Below are positions 31,040-40,890 of a stretch of 64,000 nt of DNA, piece after piece. Every line of letters starts with the position of its first letter. Position 1 is the first letter of the stretch. The stretch covers positions 576,001-640,000 of the forward strand of contig OZ250150.1 in assembly GCA_965237675.1 (NCBI GenBank). The letters are read 5' to 3'. The notes under the pieces are model-generated. The model was given only the letters and a program-made list of their open reading frames with translations, made no database searches and was not told the origin of the DNA. This DNA is from Candidatus Latescibacterota bacterium (lineage in GTDB: Bacteria > Latescibacterota > UBA2968 > GCA-2709665). Both the position numbers and the translations under genes were made by a program.

Positions 31040-31425
31040 TCATGCCGTCGGCATCAATACCAATTTACTGAGAAGAGCCATTTTCCTTGCGATGCTCTGC
31101 CGTTCACTCTTGTTCGCCGGGAACGGTGTGATATTGGCATGTAGTTCATGAGGCTGCGTATCTGGAATGACGTTGAGGTTGTTTTCATAAACTTGCTCTG
31201 CCAAAAATCCGCCCTTGCTTTTATTCTTCGTTCCTCTGTTTCGACGTATTCTCTGCCAATTGCCCATACTTCGCGGTCAGCGAGGGATGAAATGCGATAC
31301 ACAGATATTTGGTCGCTGTTTGAGGGAGGAATAAACGCACCGAATTTTACGACCCTGTTCATAACTGAAAATTGGCTATTATAGAAAATATATCGGGCGA
31401 GTTTTTCACCCGGTGAAACATCCAT
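31040..31425 (-). CDS. Small hypothetical protein, possible ADP-ribosyltransferase-like fold (128 aa after 1-bp correction)
   Basis: ORFs 31054-31425 and 31040-31267 join if one base is added to the A5 run at 31203-31207. Motifs LARY, GAF, ISVYR, HANI. Confidence 0.65.
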
Positions 31426-31438
31426 ATAAAGTTCTCAA

Positions 31439-32059
31439 TTAAACGAGGAGGCTTGACAATGTTACAATAAAACCCCGCAACAAGGCAGTATCTGATAATG
31501 TACAGATTCCTTCGACTTTGCGTTTGTCGTCGAAAAAAGCACCGTAGATGACAAGATTATCTCCATATAGTCCCATCGACACTATCCCATTCTCTGGTCG
31601 CCACTCGAAGCCAAGACTGCCATCTTCTGCCCAGCCGATGTCGGGCATGGGGACATTGTAACGAGAAAGCAGATCTAGTAAAGAATCCGCGTCATCATAT
31701 GCAGAATCAGGGATAGGATCAATATCGTTATCTATCGCTGATGCGGCCTCGGCTTCACGGCGGATCTCTTCTAATTGCTGTTGTGCATCGCCAAGTGTTC
31801 CCTGCCGCGCATAGTCCAGCCCAAAGAGTTGCACAGGTACTGTGAGACCGCTTCGGAGTGTTGAGAGCTCATATCCCTTAGTTTGGAGATGTTGGTAATG
31901 TTGCGTTGGCATTGGAGCATAAGGATTAGAGGTAACAAACCATTTCTGTTTGCCCTGAAAACTTGAGAGATCTTCGGCTTGAATACTGGATGATCCACGA
32001 CGCACGAAATTTTCTTCAAGACTTGAGAGATCTTCGGCTTGACCAATGAAGGCACTCAT
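31439..32059 (-). CDS. Hypothetical protein (206 aa), middle gene of the TIGR04255 module
   Basis: ATGA overlap with the upstream gene; PMPDIGWAEDGSLGFEW; N-terminal QAEDLSS duplication. Confidence 0.8.
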   Translation of the reverse strand: MSAFIGQAEDLSSLEENFVRRGSSSIQAEDLSSFQGKQKWFVTSNPYAPMPTQHYQHLQTKGYELSTLRSGLTVPVQLFGLDYARQGTLGDAQQQLEEIRREAEAASAIDNDIDPIPDSAYDDADSLLDLLSRYNVPMPDIGWAEDGSLGFEWRPENGIVSMGLYGDNLVIYGAFFDDKRKVEGICTLSDTALLRGFIVTLSSLLV

Positions 32060-32775
32060 TGCTTCTTCTCCCATATTCGTGTTTGAATGTCTTCCGTAAA
32101 CATGCTGATGAATTTTTTGCGAATTTTATTGTGCGCCAACTCAAACCAGGTGATCATCGCGCCGAATTGGCTGTTCTGCGTTAAACCACGCATTGTAAAA
32201 TCGGTTTGCAGCGTTTGCTTTTTGTCAGATACCCTAACCCTGTGACTGATGGCTACGTATAGTCGTCCGTTTAAGCTTTGAATGGGAAATGAAGTCCGCA
32301 AGAAAACAGAATCGGCGCCGGACCAATACGAATCCGAAGATTCGGATGCGACAAACAGGTTGTAAATCTTCCCGGCATCATTAAGTGTATCCCAGCCCTC
32401 CCCATGCATAAGATGATCGATATACGTTAGTTCGTACTGTAGAGGATTCAACGCACCAATTTCCATTTCTTCGATGATTTCGCCGAAACGGCAATAGAAC
32501 TGTTTAAACTTTCCAAGAATCGACGAAAACCCGGGATATTTCTGATTCGGCTCGGTCTTACGCCAGTTAAACGTAAATCGATCCCGCTGGACCTGAATGA
32601 TGTGATTTTGTTGTTCGTGGATGAACCAAATTCGTGCGAAGTTAGGGACATTTCCAAAATGTAGCTCAGTTTCTTGGTTTGAGTGAGTAGTATTTTCGAT
32701 TGTAGGCATCACAAGCGGCTGTTCCACGACCTCTAAGAATCCCTCTTTCTTAAATTCCTGCCATATCACACCTAG

Positions 32776-34463
32776 CCTGAATAATTCACAAAAAAGGTAG
32801 TTTCCATACCCAAGTCATTGTATTATATTATGGTTACGCAAATAACCTAATAACAATGAAACAGGAGGAAACTACCGTGGGAGTTCAAGATAAACATCAC
32901 AGGTTGTCTTTCGCAAGTCTTTCTGGTAGGCAGGTAGAAGCCACGTTCGACGGGGGCGTGCTGACGACCGACGTCGGGGTGATGCTGCTTCGTGAGGTCG
33001 AGGCCAATGTCGGCATTTTGCATCGGATGGTTGCGGCGCTCACCGATCATCGACATCAAAGTTACGTACATCATTCGATGATGGACCTGATCAAACAACG
33101 TGTCTTTCAGATGGCCTGTGGGTATGAGGATGCGAATGATTGCAAGACGTTACGCGAGGACCCCGGCTTCAAGGCGGCCTGTGATCGGTTGCCGTTGTCT
33201 GGCGCGGACCTGGCCAGTCAGCCCACGATGAGTCGGTTCGAGAACCGCATCAGCAGAACCGATTTGTATCGGATCGCCAAGGCCTTTGCGGATGTGTTTG
33301 TCGCCTCGTATGAGGAACCGCCGGAAGCCATTCTGTTGGACATCGATGACACCGAAGACAAGGTGCATGGGTCTCAACAGTTGTCGTTGTTCAATGCGTA
33401 TTTCAATGGCTATTGCTACCAGCCCCTGCATATCTATGAAGGCCAAACCGGCAAGTTGATCACGACGGTCTTGCGTCCTGGCAGGCGGCCTGCGGGTAAA
33501 GAGATCGTCACCATCCTCAAACGGGTGATCGCCTACCTGCGTAAAGCCTGGCCCGACGTGGAGATCCTGTTACGTGGCGATGCGCATTTTTCGTGTCCGG
33601 AAGTGCACGTGTTGTGTGAGGAAGAAGATGTGTATTTTGTCCTCGGACAGAACGGCAACGCCAAACTCCTGCGGAAGGCACAGTCCTTGATAGACCAGGC
33701 CAAAACGCGGTATGCCGATTCCGGAGAAACCGTGCGCCTTTATCGCTGTTGGGCCTATCAGGCCGGCACCTGGGCGTGTCCACAACGCATCGTCTGCAAG
33801 GCGGAAGTGACACCGCAAGGTGTCAATATCCGATTCGTGGTCACCAACCTGAAGCGCGCCCAACCGTCATTCATCTACAAAACCGCCTATTGCACACGCG
33901 GCAGGATGGAAAACTTCATCAAAAATCACAAGACCTTTCTCCATTCCGATCGCACCTCTTGTCACACCTTCCAGGCCAATCACTTCCGTCTCTTTCTCCA
34001 CAGCGCCGCCTATGTCCTGATGCACAGCCTGGCTGCAATCGGATTGCGCGGCACGAAGTGGACCAACGCACAGTTCAATACCCTGCAAAATCGTCTCTTG
34101 AAAGTCGCCGGGCGCGTTTGTGAGTTGAAAACTAAAATCAAGTTCCATCTGCCAACGGCGTTTCCACTCAAACACCTTTATGGCAAGATCCTCTATAATC
34201 TGGCAACGGGTGTTCCATAACCCATCGACGTGCTGACCCCGCCTTCACATTTGCATCGACCACCACCAAAGGTCATGGAGAAGTCTGTGCGCTTGACACG
34301 GGCATCGAGGTCAACCTGACGTCACGAGGCAAAGCAGGCGCCGCCCAAACGGCTTGAACACGCCAAATCCGTCACAGCCCATGCGCTTTCGTTTCTTGTC
34401 TCACTCGGAAGCTCTTTCTGCTTCCTTAAAATGCTCTATCTGACGATTCATGAATTAATCGGG
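32776..34463 (+). mobile_element. IS1380-family element, copy 1 (1688 bp)
   Basis: Ends CCTGAATAATTCA / TGAATTAATCGGG; CTAG duplicated on both sides. Confidence 0.95.
32856..34220 (+). CDS. IS1380-family transposase
   Basis: FDGGVLTTDVG, GYEDANDC, LASQPTMSRFEN, LDIDDT, LRGDAHF, RGRMENFIK. Confidence 0.95.
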   Translation: MKQEETTVGVQDKHHRLSFASLSGRQVEATFDGGVLTTDVGVMLLREVEANVGILHRMVAALTDHRHQSYVHHSMMDLIKQRVFQMACGYEDANDCKTLREDPGFKAACDRLPLSGADLASQPTMSRFENRISRTDLYRIAKAFADVFVASYEEPPEAILLDIDDTEDKVHGSQQLSLFNAYFNGYCYQPLHIYEGQTGKLITTVLRPGRRPAGKEIVTILKRVIAYLRKAWPDVEILLRGDAHFSCPEVHVLCEEEDVYFVLGQNGNAKLLRKAQSLIDQAKTRYADSGETVRLYRCWAYQAGTWACPQRIVCKAEVTPQGVNIRFVVTNLKRAQPSFIYKTAYCTRGRMENFIKNHKTFLHSDRTSCHTFQANHFRLFLHSAAYVLMHSLAAIGLRGTKWTNAQFNTLQNRLLKVAGRVCELKTKIKFHLPTAFPLKHLYGKILYNLATGVP

Positions 34464-34711
34464 CTAGATGGGGAGCCAGCAACATATCGAGAGACTTGAA
34501 AAGTACACTCAATACCACCTCATCTACCGGTGGTCGTGCGAAATCGAGCTTCTTGTGCTGGGTCTCCATTGTGTGGTAACGCCTGATTCAAACGTTAGGT
34601 TGCACCAAATGCGTTGCGAATGCTTGATCTAGCACTGGTCCTCCCTTTTTCTTAATTGCATCCGCAGTGCTCGGATATTTCTACATTGATTTTGTGTAAA
34701 CTAACATATAG

Positions 34712-36399
34712 CCTGAATAATTCACAAAAAAGGTAGTTTCCATACCCAAGTCATTGTATTATATTATGGTTACGCAAATAACCTAATAACAATGAAACAG
34801 GAGGAAACTACCGTGGGAGTTCAAGATAAACATCACAGGTTGTCTTTCGCAAGTCTTTCTGGTAGGCAGGTAGAAGCCACGTTCGACGGGGGCGTGCTGA
34901 CGACCGACGTCGGGGTGATGCTGCTTCGTGAGGTCGAGGCCAATGTCGGCATTTTGCATCGGATGGTTGCGGCGCTCACCGATCATCGACATCAAAGTTA
35001 CGTACATCATTCGATGATGGACCTGATCAAACAACGTGTCTTTCAGATGGCCTGTGGGTATGAGGATGCGAATGATTGCAAGACGTTACGCGAGGACCCC
35101 GGCTTCAAGGCGGCCTGTGATCGGTTGCCGTTGTCTGGCGCGGACCTGGCCAGTCAGCCCACGATGAGTCGGTTCGAGAACCGCATCAGCAGAACCGATT
35201 TGTATCGGATCGCCAAGGCCTTTGCGGATGTGTTTGTCGCCTCGTATGAGGAACCGCCGGAAGCCATTCTGTTGGACATCGATGACACCGAAGACAAGGT
35301 GCATGGGTCTCAACAGTTGTCGTTGTTCAATGCGTATTTCAATGGCTATTGCTACCAGCCCCTGCATATCTATGAAGGCCAAACCGGCAAGTTGATCACG
35401 ACGGTCTTGCGTCCTGGCAGGCGGCCTGCGGGTAAAGAGATCGTCACCATCCTCAAACGGGTGATCGCCTACCTGCGTAAAGCCTGGCCCGACGTGGAGA
35501 TCCTGTTACGTGGCGATGCGCATTTTTCGTGTCCGGAAGTGCACGTGTTGTGTGAGGAAGAAGATGTGTATTTTGTCCTCGGACAGAACGGCAACGCCAA
35601 ACTCCTGCGGAAGGCACAGTCCTTGATAGACCAGGCCAAAACGCGGTATGCCGATTCCGGAGAAACCGTGCGCCTTTATCGCTGTTGGGCCTATCAGGCC
35701 GGCACCTGGGCGTGTCCACAACGCATCGTCTGCAAGGCGGAAGTGACACCGCAAGGTGTCAATATCCGATTCGTGGTCACCAACCTGAAGCGCGCCCAAC
35801 CGTCATTCATCTACAAAACCGCCTATTGCACACGCGGCAGGATGGAAAACTTCATCAAAAATCACAAGACCTTTCTCCATTCCGATCGCACCTCTTGTCA
35901 CACCTTCCAGGCCAATCACTTCCGTCTCTTTCTCCACAGCGCCGCCTATGTCCTGATGCACAGCCTGGCTGCAATCGGATTGCGCGGCACGAAGTGGACC
36001 AACGCACAGTTCAATACCCTGCAAAATCGTCTCTTGAAAGTCGCCGGGCGCGTTTGTGAGTTGAAAACTAAAATCAAGTTCCATCTGCCAACGGCGTTTC
36101 CACTCAAACACCTTTATGGCAAGATCCTCTATAATCTGGCAACGGGTGTTCCATAACCCATCGACGTGCTGACCCCGCCTTCACATTTGCATCGACCACC
36201 ACCAAAGGTCATGGAGAAGTCTGTGCGCTTGACACGGGCATCGAGGTCAACCTGACGTCACGAGGCAAAGCAGGCGCCGCCCAAACGGCTTGAACACGCC
36301 AAATCCGTCACAGCCCATGCGCTTTCGTTTCTTGTCTCACTCGGAAGCTCTTTCTGCTTCCTTAAAATGCTCTATCTGACGATTCATGAATTAATCGGG
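34712..36399 (+). mobile_element. IS1380-family element, copy 2 (1688 bp)
   Basis: Same ends and transposase as copy 1; ATAG duplicated on both sides. Confidence 0.95.
34792..36156 (+). CDS. IS1380-family transposase
   Basis: Protein identical to that of 32856-34220. Confidence 0.95.
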   Translation: MKQEETTVGVQDKHHRLSFASLSGRQVEATFDGGVLTTDVGVMLLREVEANVGILHRMVAALTDHRHQSYVHHSMMDLIKQRVFQMACGYEDANDCKTLREDPGFKAACDRLPLSGADLASQPTMSRFENRISRTDLYRIAKAFADVFVASYEEPPEAILLDIDDTEDKVHGSQQLSLFNAYFNGYCYQPLHIYEGQTGKLITTVLRPGRRPAGKEIVTILKRVIAYLRKAWPDVEILLRGDAHFSCPEVHVLCEEEDVYFVLGQNGNAKLLRKAQSLIDQAKTRYADSGETVRLYRCWAYQAGTWACPQRIVCKAEVTPQGVNIRFVVTNLKRAQPSFIYKTAYCTRGRMENFIKNHKTFLHSDRTSCHTFQANHFRLFLHSAAYVLMHSLAAIGLRGTKWTNAQFNTLQNRLLKVAGRVCELKTKIKFHLPTAFPLKHLYGKILYNLATGVP

Positions 36400-36854
36400 A
36401 TAGATGCGTCCAAACAAAGCCAAATAGTGATATCTCCGATATCAGTCGCAACCGGCAAATCATCCGCAGGTATTCCTTCAGCGATGGAAATTAGATACGG
36501 TCAGTGGGCCAACCCGTCTGATGTGATTTTCGAGTTTGCACAGGCGTACTATGAAGCCTTTCTTTCATGGAAAAGTCCAAACAGAGATCCGCCAAAAAAA
36601 GCCCGATGCCGACTCCATATTCCTAAATTCCACGGTAGTTCGATGCGTAAAGGGTGTCTGCCTCTACAAATAAGGGTGGCCCGAAATTCAATCCTTTGAT
36701 TTTCATTGGAATTTCGGATCGAATTCAAAGCCAAGAATTACTGCAGTATTATGCCATTTCCTTCGACAGCAATTTCAATCGACATAGAATGGCGTGCCGA
36801 TCGTACCAGAGTTCCGCTGGCATCCGTGCGGCGGTATCCGGGCGTGTTACCCTC

Positions 36855-36883
36855 TTGACGAATCCGATCATTTCCGGTATATT
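36855..36883 (+). promoter_or_regulatory. Sigma70-like promoter
   Basis: TTGACG-17 bp-TATATT upstream of the RAPP ORF. Confidence 0.55.
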
Positions 36884-36929
36884 TTTATGTGCATCTCGAT
36901 GAGGTTTTCCCTCTTCTGGAGACCATAGG

Positions 36930-37205
36930 GTGTTTTATTCCTCCAGACGGATTCATCCTGTTGTCGTTTTCGCTCTGGTGATATTCGCGGCGTACCTCGC
37001 TGTAATCTTACTTGCCGCCTTCTCCGGTCACGATCACGATCAACAATGTACTGTCTGCGCCTGGTTCAACAACCTGAGCATCGGTTTGCTGGCAGTGCTG
37101 GTGTTGCAGCTTTGCTTCCTGCATTTCCGGCGGTCGCACTCCTCGTGCCATTCCCTCGGGACTTCCTTCCTTCTTCCAGATGGACGCGCCCCTCCTGTTT
37201 CCTGA
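36930..37205 (+). CDS. DUF2946/CruR-like membrane leader ORF with CxxC and RAPP motifs
   Basis: TM - HDHDQQCTVC - TM - ...GRAPPVS*, directly upstream of a lipoprotein and TonB receptor. Confidence 0.8.
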   Translation: MFYSSRRIHPVVVFALVIFAAYLAVILLAAFSGHDHDQQCTVCAWFNNLSIGLLAVLVLQLCFLHFRRSHSSCHSLGTSFLLPDGRAPPVS

Positions 37206-37507
37206 ACCATCCTCACGTGTCCTCCCGACACGTCCCTCGTACTTCCTGGTTTATTCCAAACAGGTAATTCCGGATCGGCCCTTGGCCCAGATCTGCGCAT
37301 GCACGAATGTGGTATAATTCTGCGTGCGGGTGGACCTTTTTCTGCCGGGATCGCCATCGTGCAATCCCACCCCCTACGGGAAGATAAACCACGTAGCGAA
37401 TCGGCAGGTCGCCAGTATGCCGGCAAATCCGTATCACGTCTGCACGCCAGCGGATATCCATCCGGGCTTCGGGGCGACGCGTAATGATGGTATACAGGAG
37501 AACATTA

Positions 37508-38380
37508 ATGTTCAGCACGCCGAAATTGAAGACACCCCATAACCTGATTACAACGGCGGCAGTCTTAACCGTGTTCCTGGCTGGTTGTGGAAAGGATGAC
37601 CCCCTGACTCCACAGGAAGAACATTACGAAGCCGAAGGCCTGGTCCTCATTGACTCCGGCCAGCGGTTCTTCCGTTATTTCCAGGGTAAGATCGACTCGG
37701 GCGACAGCCGCGTGGACGTCCTCGAGGTTCCTCACGGTCAACTCACCAGCCACTGGAGCATCCGCTTCCTTGATGAGAACGGGAACGAAATGGCGCCCCC
37801 CAGCGGAGAGGGCCACAGTTTCACGTGGGAAATTGCGGATGAGTCGATCGTGCAAGTCGTCCAGGACGAGGGCGACGAGGGTAAATTCGATTTCCACCTG
37901 CGCGGTCTAGAAGCGGGCGAAACCACCATCAAGTTTCAGATCTCGCACGAGGGACACGTGGACTTCACCACGCCGCCCATTCCGGTGCACGTGGTAGAAG
38001 AGTTCGAGGCCGAAGGGCTTGTCCTCATCGAATCGGGCAACCGATTTTTCCGCTATTTCCAGGGTGAAATCGACGCCGCAGAAGGCCGGGTGGAGGTTCT
38101 CAAGGTACCGATCGGCCTGACTCCTCCCTGGCAAGTGAAATTCCTTGACGATCACGGCGAGGAAATAGACCCGCCCGACGATCCGGAGTTTACTTTCGGC
38201 TGGACCATTGCCGACACCGATGTGCTCGAAGTTCATCAGGACGAGGGCGACGAAGGTACATTCGATTTCCGCCTACGCGGGTTGAAAAAAGGCGAAACCA
38301 CCATTGTGCTGGAGGTCAGACACGAAGGACACGTGGACTTCCACACGAAACCCATATCCGTACACGTGGAGTCACAATAA
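37508..38380 (+). CDS. Lipoprotein with two tandem homologous domains
   Basis: LAGC lipobox; EAEGLVLI.SG.RFFRYFQG...HEGHVDF...VHV occurs twice; RBS CAGGAG. Confidence 0.85.
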   Translation: MFSTPKLKTPHNLITTAAVLTVFLAGCGKDDPLTPQEEHYEAEGLVLIDSGQRFFRYFQGKIDSGDSRVDVLEVPHGQLTSHWSIRFLDENGNEMAPPSGEGHSFTWEIADESIVQVVQDEGDEGKFDFHLRGLEAGETTIKFQISHEGHVDFTTPPIPVHVVEEFEAEGLVLIESGNRFFRYFQGEIDAAEGRVEVLKVPIGLTPPWQVKFLDDHGEEIDPPDDPEFTFGWTIADTDVLEVHQDEGDEGTFDFRLRGLKKGETTIVLEVRHEGHVDFHTKPISVHVESQ

Positions 38381-38403
38381 TCGCCCGGTGGAGGGCAGGC
38401 TCA

Positions 38404-40680
38404 ATGGCCCATTTACACGGAATTCAGCGATTGGTTCCGATCGACAACGCCGGTGATCAGATCTTCCCAGGGTTTCGGCTGAATTGGATGGTGTCGGCGC
38501 TTCTTTGTCTGCTTTGTTCAGCAGGTATCGGTTCGGCAAATCAGGCCGTGTTGATCGAAGGGTATGTTTTCGACGGCGAAACCCGACGCCCCATGGAGAA
38601 CGTGAATGTACAGGTCGGAGATCACTCTGCGGGTACATCCACTGATGACGGAGGCCGCTTTGTGCTGCACCAGTCCCGGGGTGTATATCGGCTGACCTTC
38701 ACCCACGTCGGCTATCGGGATCTGCACCATGAACTGACCGTCTCGGGGGCGAAGCATCCCGTCATCTACATGGAGATGGCCCGGATGGACCTCAAGCTGG
38801 ACCCCGTGGACATCGTGGCCAATCGCGCCGAAACCCGATTTGACGAACTCGAACAGGCCACCGGCGTGCTCTCGGGCGACGAACTCAGGAAGAAATACAG
38901 CATCACCCTCGCCGAAACTATGAAGAACGAACTCGGCGTTGCCATCCGGAGCATGGGTCCGGCGCCAGCCCGACCGGTTATCCGCGGTCTCAGCGGGGAC
39001 CGCGTACAGATCAACGTCGACGGCATTCAGGTTCAGGATCTCTCTTCAACGTCCGCGGATCACGCGGTGACGGTCGAGACCTTCAACGCGGAACGCCTGG
39101 AAATCATCCGTGGGCCTCGTACACTGCTGCACATGTCCACCGCCGGCGGCGGGGTTATCAATGTCGTGAAACACAAAATTCCCGTAACACGGCCAAAGCG
39201 CTTTTTCGGCAGTGTCGGAGCCTATGGAGAAACGGTCAACCGGGGCTATTTCTCTTCCGCTGCGGTAACGGCGCCCGTAGGGCCGCTCGCGTTTCATGCC
39301 GAATCCACCTACCGGGATACACGTGACATATATACTCCGGTTGGCAGGCTCGACAACACACACATCAACACCCGTACCCATACCCTGGGCCTGTCCTACG
39401 CGGTGGATCGAGGCTATGTCGGCGCTTCTTTCGATCAATTCGACACCCGGTACGGCGTTCCCGGAGGGTTTATCGGCGCTCACCCCGACGGCGCAGACCT
39501 CGATATCACGCGTCGGGTATTCGACGGGAAGGCGGCATACCGGTTCGACGGCCGGTCGATAGACAAGGTGGAGGCGGGTTTCACAAAGGCTTATTACCAT
39601 CACCTCGAGTTCGAGTCCAGCGGGCTCATCGGAACCGAGTTCCTGTTTCATGACTACAGCGGCGATCTCAAACTCCACGTGAACACGCGAAACCGGAAGC
39701 AAAACACCGTGCTGACCGCCGGCTTTGAACACCGCTATCTCAAGCTGGGCGGCGCTGTCTACACCCCCCACACGCGAAAACAAGACGTCAACGTCGGTAT
39801 TTATCACGAAACCACCTATCGCCGAATAGAACTTCAGGCCGCAGCCCGCTACGCTTATGCCTCCTTCGACCCGCGTCCCGACGCGGATTCCAACGTGGGT
39901 CTGGATATAGACCGCACCTTTCATACCTGGTCCGCGGCCTTCAGCCCCCTCGTCCCGGTCACCGACCAACTGACCGCGGGCGTCAGCCTCAGCCGCTCCC
40001 AGCGCGCACCCACCATCGAGGAACTCTACAACCAGGGACCGCACCTGGCATCGTACACCTTTGAGGAGGGCAATGTCGAACTCAATGCTGAACGGAGTTT
40101 CGGCCTGGAGGCATTCATGCACTACCTGCAACCGGGTTTCGACATGGTCTTAACGGGATTCTGGAATGAATTCGGCAATTACATCGCTCCTCGAAATACG
40201 GGTGAAATCAACTTTGCTCTACTCCTCCCCATCTACGCCGCCGACGGCATAGACGCGAGATTGCTTGGCGTGGAAGCGCACCTGAAATGGCGTCCGAATG
40301 CGCGCCTGGAACTGGAAACGAATCTGAGCCACGTACGCGGCGAAAACCGGGACGAGCGTATACCCCTGCCCGAAATGCCTCCGCTCAAGTTCGTCGGCAG
40401 CGTAACCTATCGGCACCCCTGGCTTACAGCGGGAGGAACCGTGGAGTGGGCCGCCGGGCAGAAACGCGTGGACACGTTCGAAGACCCCACGGCAGGCTAT
40501 TCCGTCTTCGGCGCCAATCTGCAGCGCGATTTCCTCACAGACCGCGCCCGCCACAGCGTTATCCTTTCCCTGGAGAATCTCTTCGACACGGAATACCGCA
40601 ACCACCTGTCGCACATCCGCTCCGTGATGCCCGAAACAGGCCGGAGCCTTAAATTGCACTACAAGATGTATTTCTTTTAG
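38404..40680 (+). CDS. TonB-dependent receptor (ZnuD-like metal uptake)
   Basis: N-terminal carboxypeptidase-regulatory-like domain; RPVIRGLSGDRV, SADHAV, GPHLA, NLFDTEYRNHLS; terminal Phe. Start may be 38488. Confidence 0.92.
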   Translation: MAHLHGIQRLVPIDNAGDQIFPGFRLNWMVSALLCLLCSAGIGSANQAVLIEGYVFDGETRRPMENVNVQVGDHSAGTSTDDGGRFVLHQSRGVYRLTFTHVGYRDLHHELTVSGAKHPVIYMEMARMDLKLDPVDIVANRAETRFDELEQATGVLSGDELRKKYSITLAETMKNELGVAIRSMGPAPARPVIRGLSGDRVQINVDGIQVQDLSSTSADHAVTVETFNAERLEIIRGPRTLLHMSTAGGGVINVVKHKIPVTRPKRFFGSVGAYGETVNRGYFSSAAVTAPVGPLAFHAESTYRDTRDIYTPVGRLDNTHINTRTHTLGLSYAVDRGYVGASFDQFDTRYGVPGGFIGAHPDGADLDITRRVFDGKAAYRFDGRSIDKVEAGFTKAYYHHLEFESSGLIGTEFLFHDYSGDLKLHVNTRNRKQNTVLTAGFEHRYLKLGGAVYTPHTRKQDVNVGIYHETTYRRIELQAAARYAYASFDPRPDADSNVGLDIDRTFHTWSAAFSPLVPVTDQLTAGVSLSRSQRAPTIEELYNQGPHLASYTFEEGNVELNAERSFGLEAFMHYLQPGFDMVLTGFWNEFGNYIAPRNTGEINFALLLPIYAADGIDARLLGVEAHLKWRPNARLELETNLSHVRGENRDERIPLPEMPPLKFVGSVTYRHPWLTAGGTVEWAAGQKRVDTFEDPTAGYSVFGANLQRDFLTDRARHSVILSLENLFDTEYRNHLSHIRSVMPETGRSLKLHYKMYFF

Positions 40681-40890
40681 GGTCCACCAGTCATCGGCAG
40701 CGACTGCACTACCACATTCCGTCTGATCTTCCCAAAGGTGGATGATCGCCCACAACTCAAAACCCCGGATCCAAAAGCCGATCCGGGGCTTGCACTTTTC
40801 GTGGCCAAGCTTTATCTTAGAGTTTGAAAATCGCAACAATTGCGGGGCAGAAGCTATTCACCATTCCATCGAAATCACTGGAGGTTCTCC

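Larger units (their letters stand above)
32056..34569 (-). pseudogene. TIGR04255-like protein interrupted by IS1380
   Basis: 5' part (34464-34569) METQHKKLDFARPPVDEVVLSVLF...APHL continues in frame after the IS as GVIWQEF...RIWF...IQVQRDRFTFNWRK...YPGF...ELTYID. Confidence 0.8.

Noticed and set aside
32776-36399. Composite transposon or simple tandem duplication formed by the two IS1380 copies
   Set aside because: Each copy has its own target duplication (CTAG, ATAG), and the 248-bp middle is the native start of the interrupted gene.
36404-36850. ORF 36367-36699 as a further gene of the island
   Set aside because: Its start lies inside the IS end and the product has no recognisable features.
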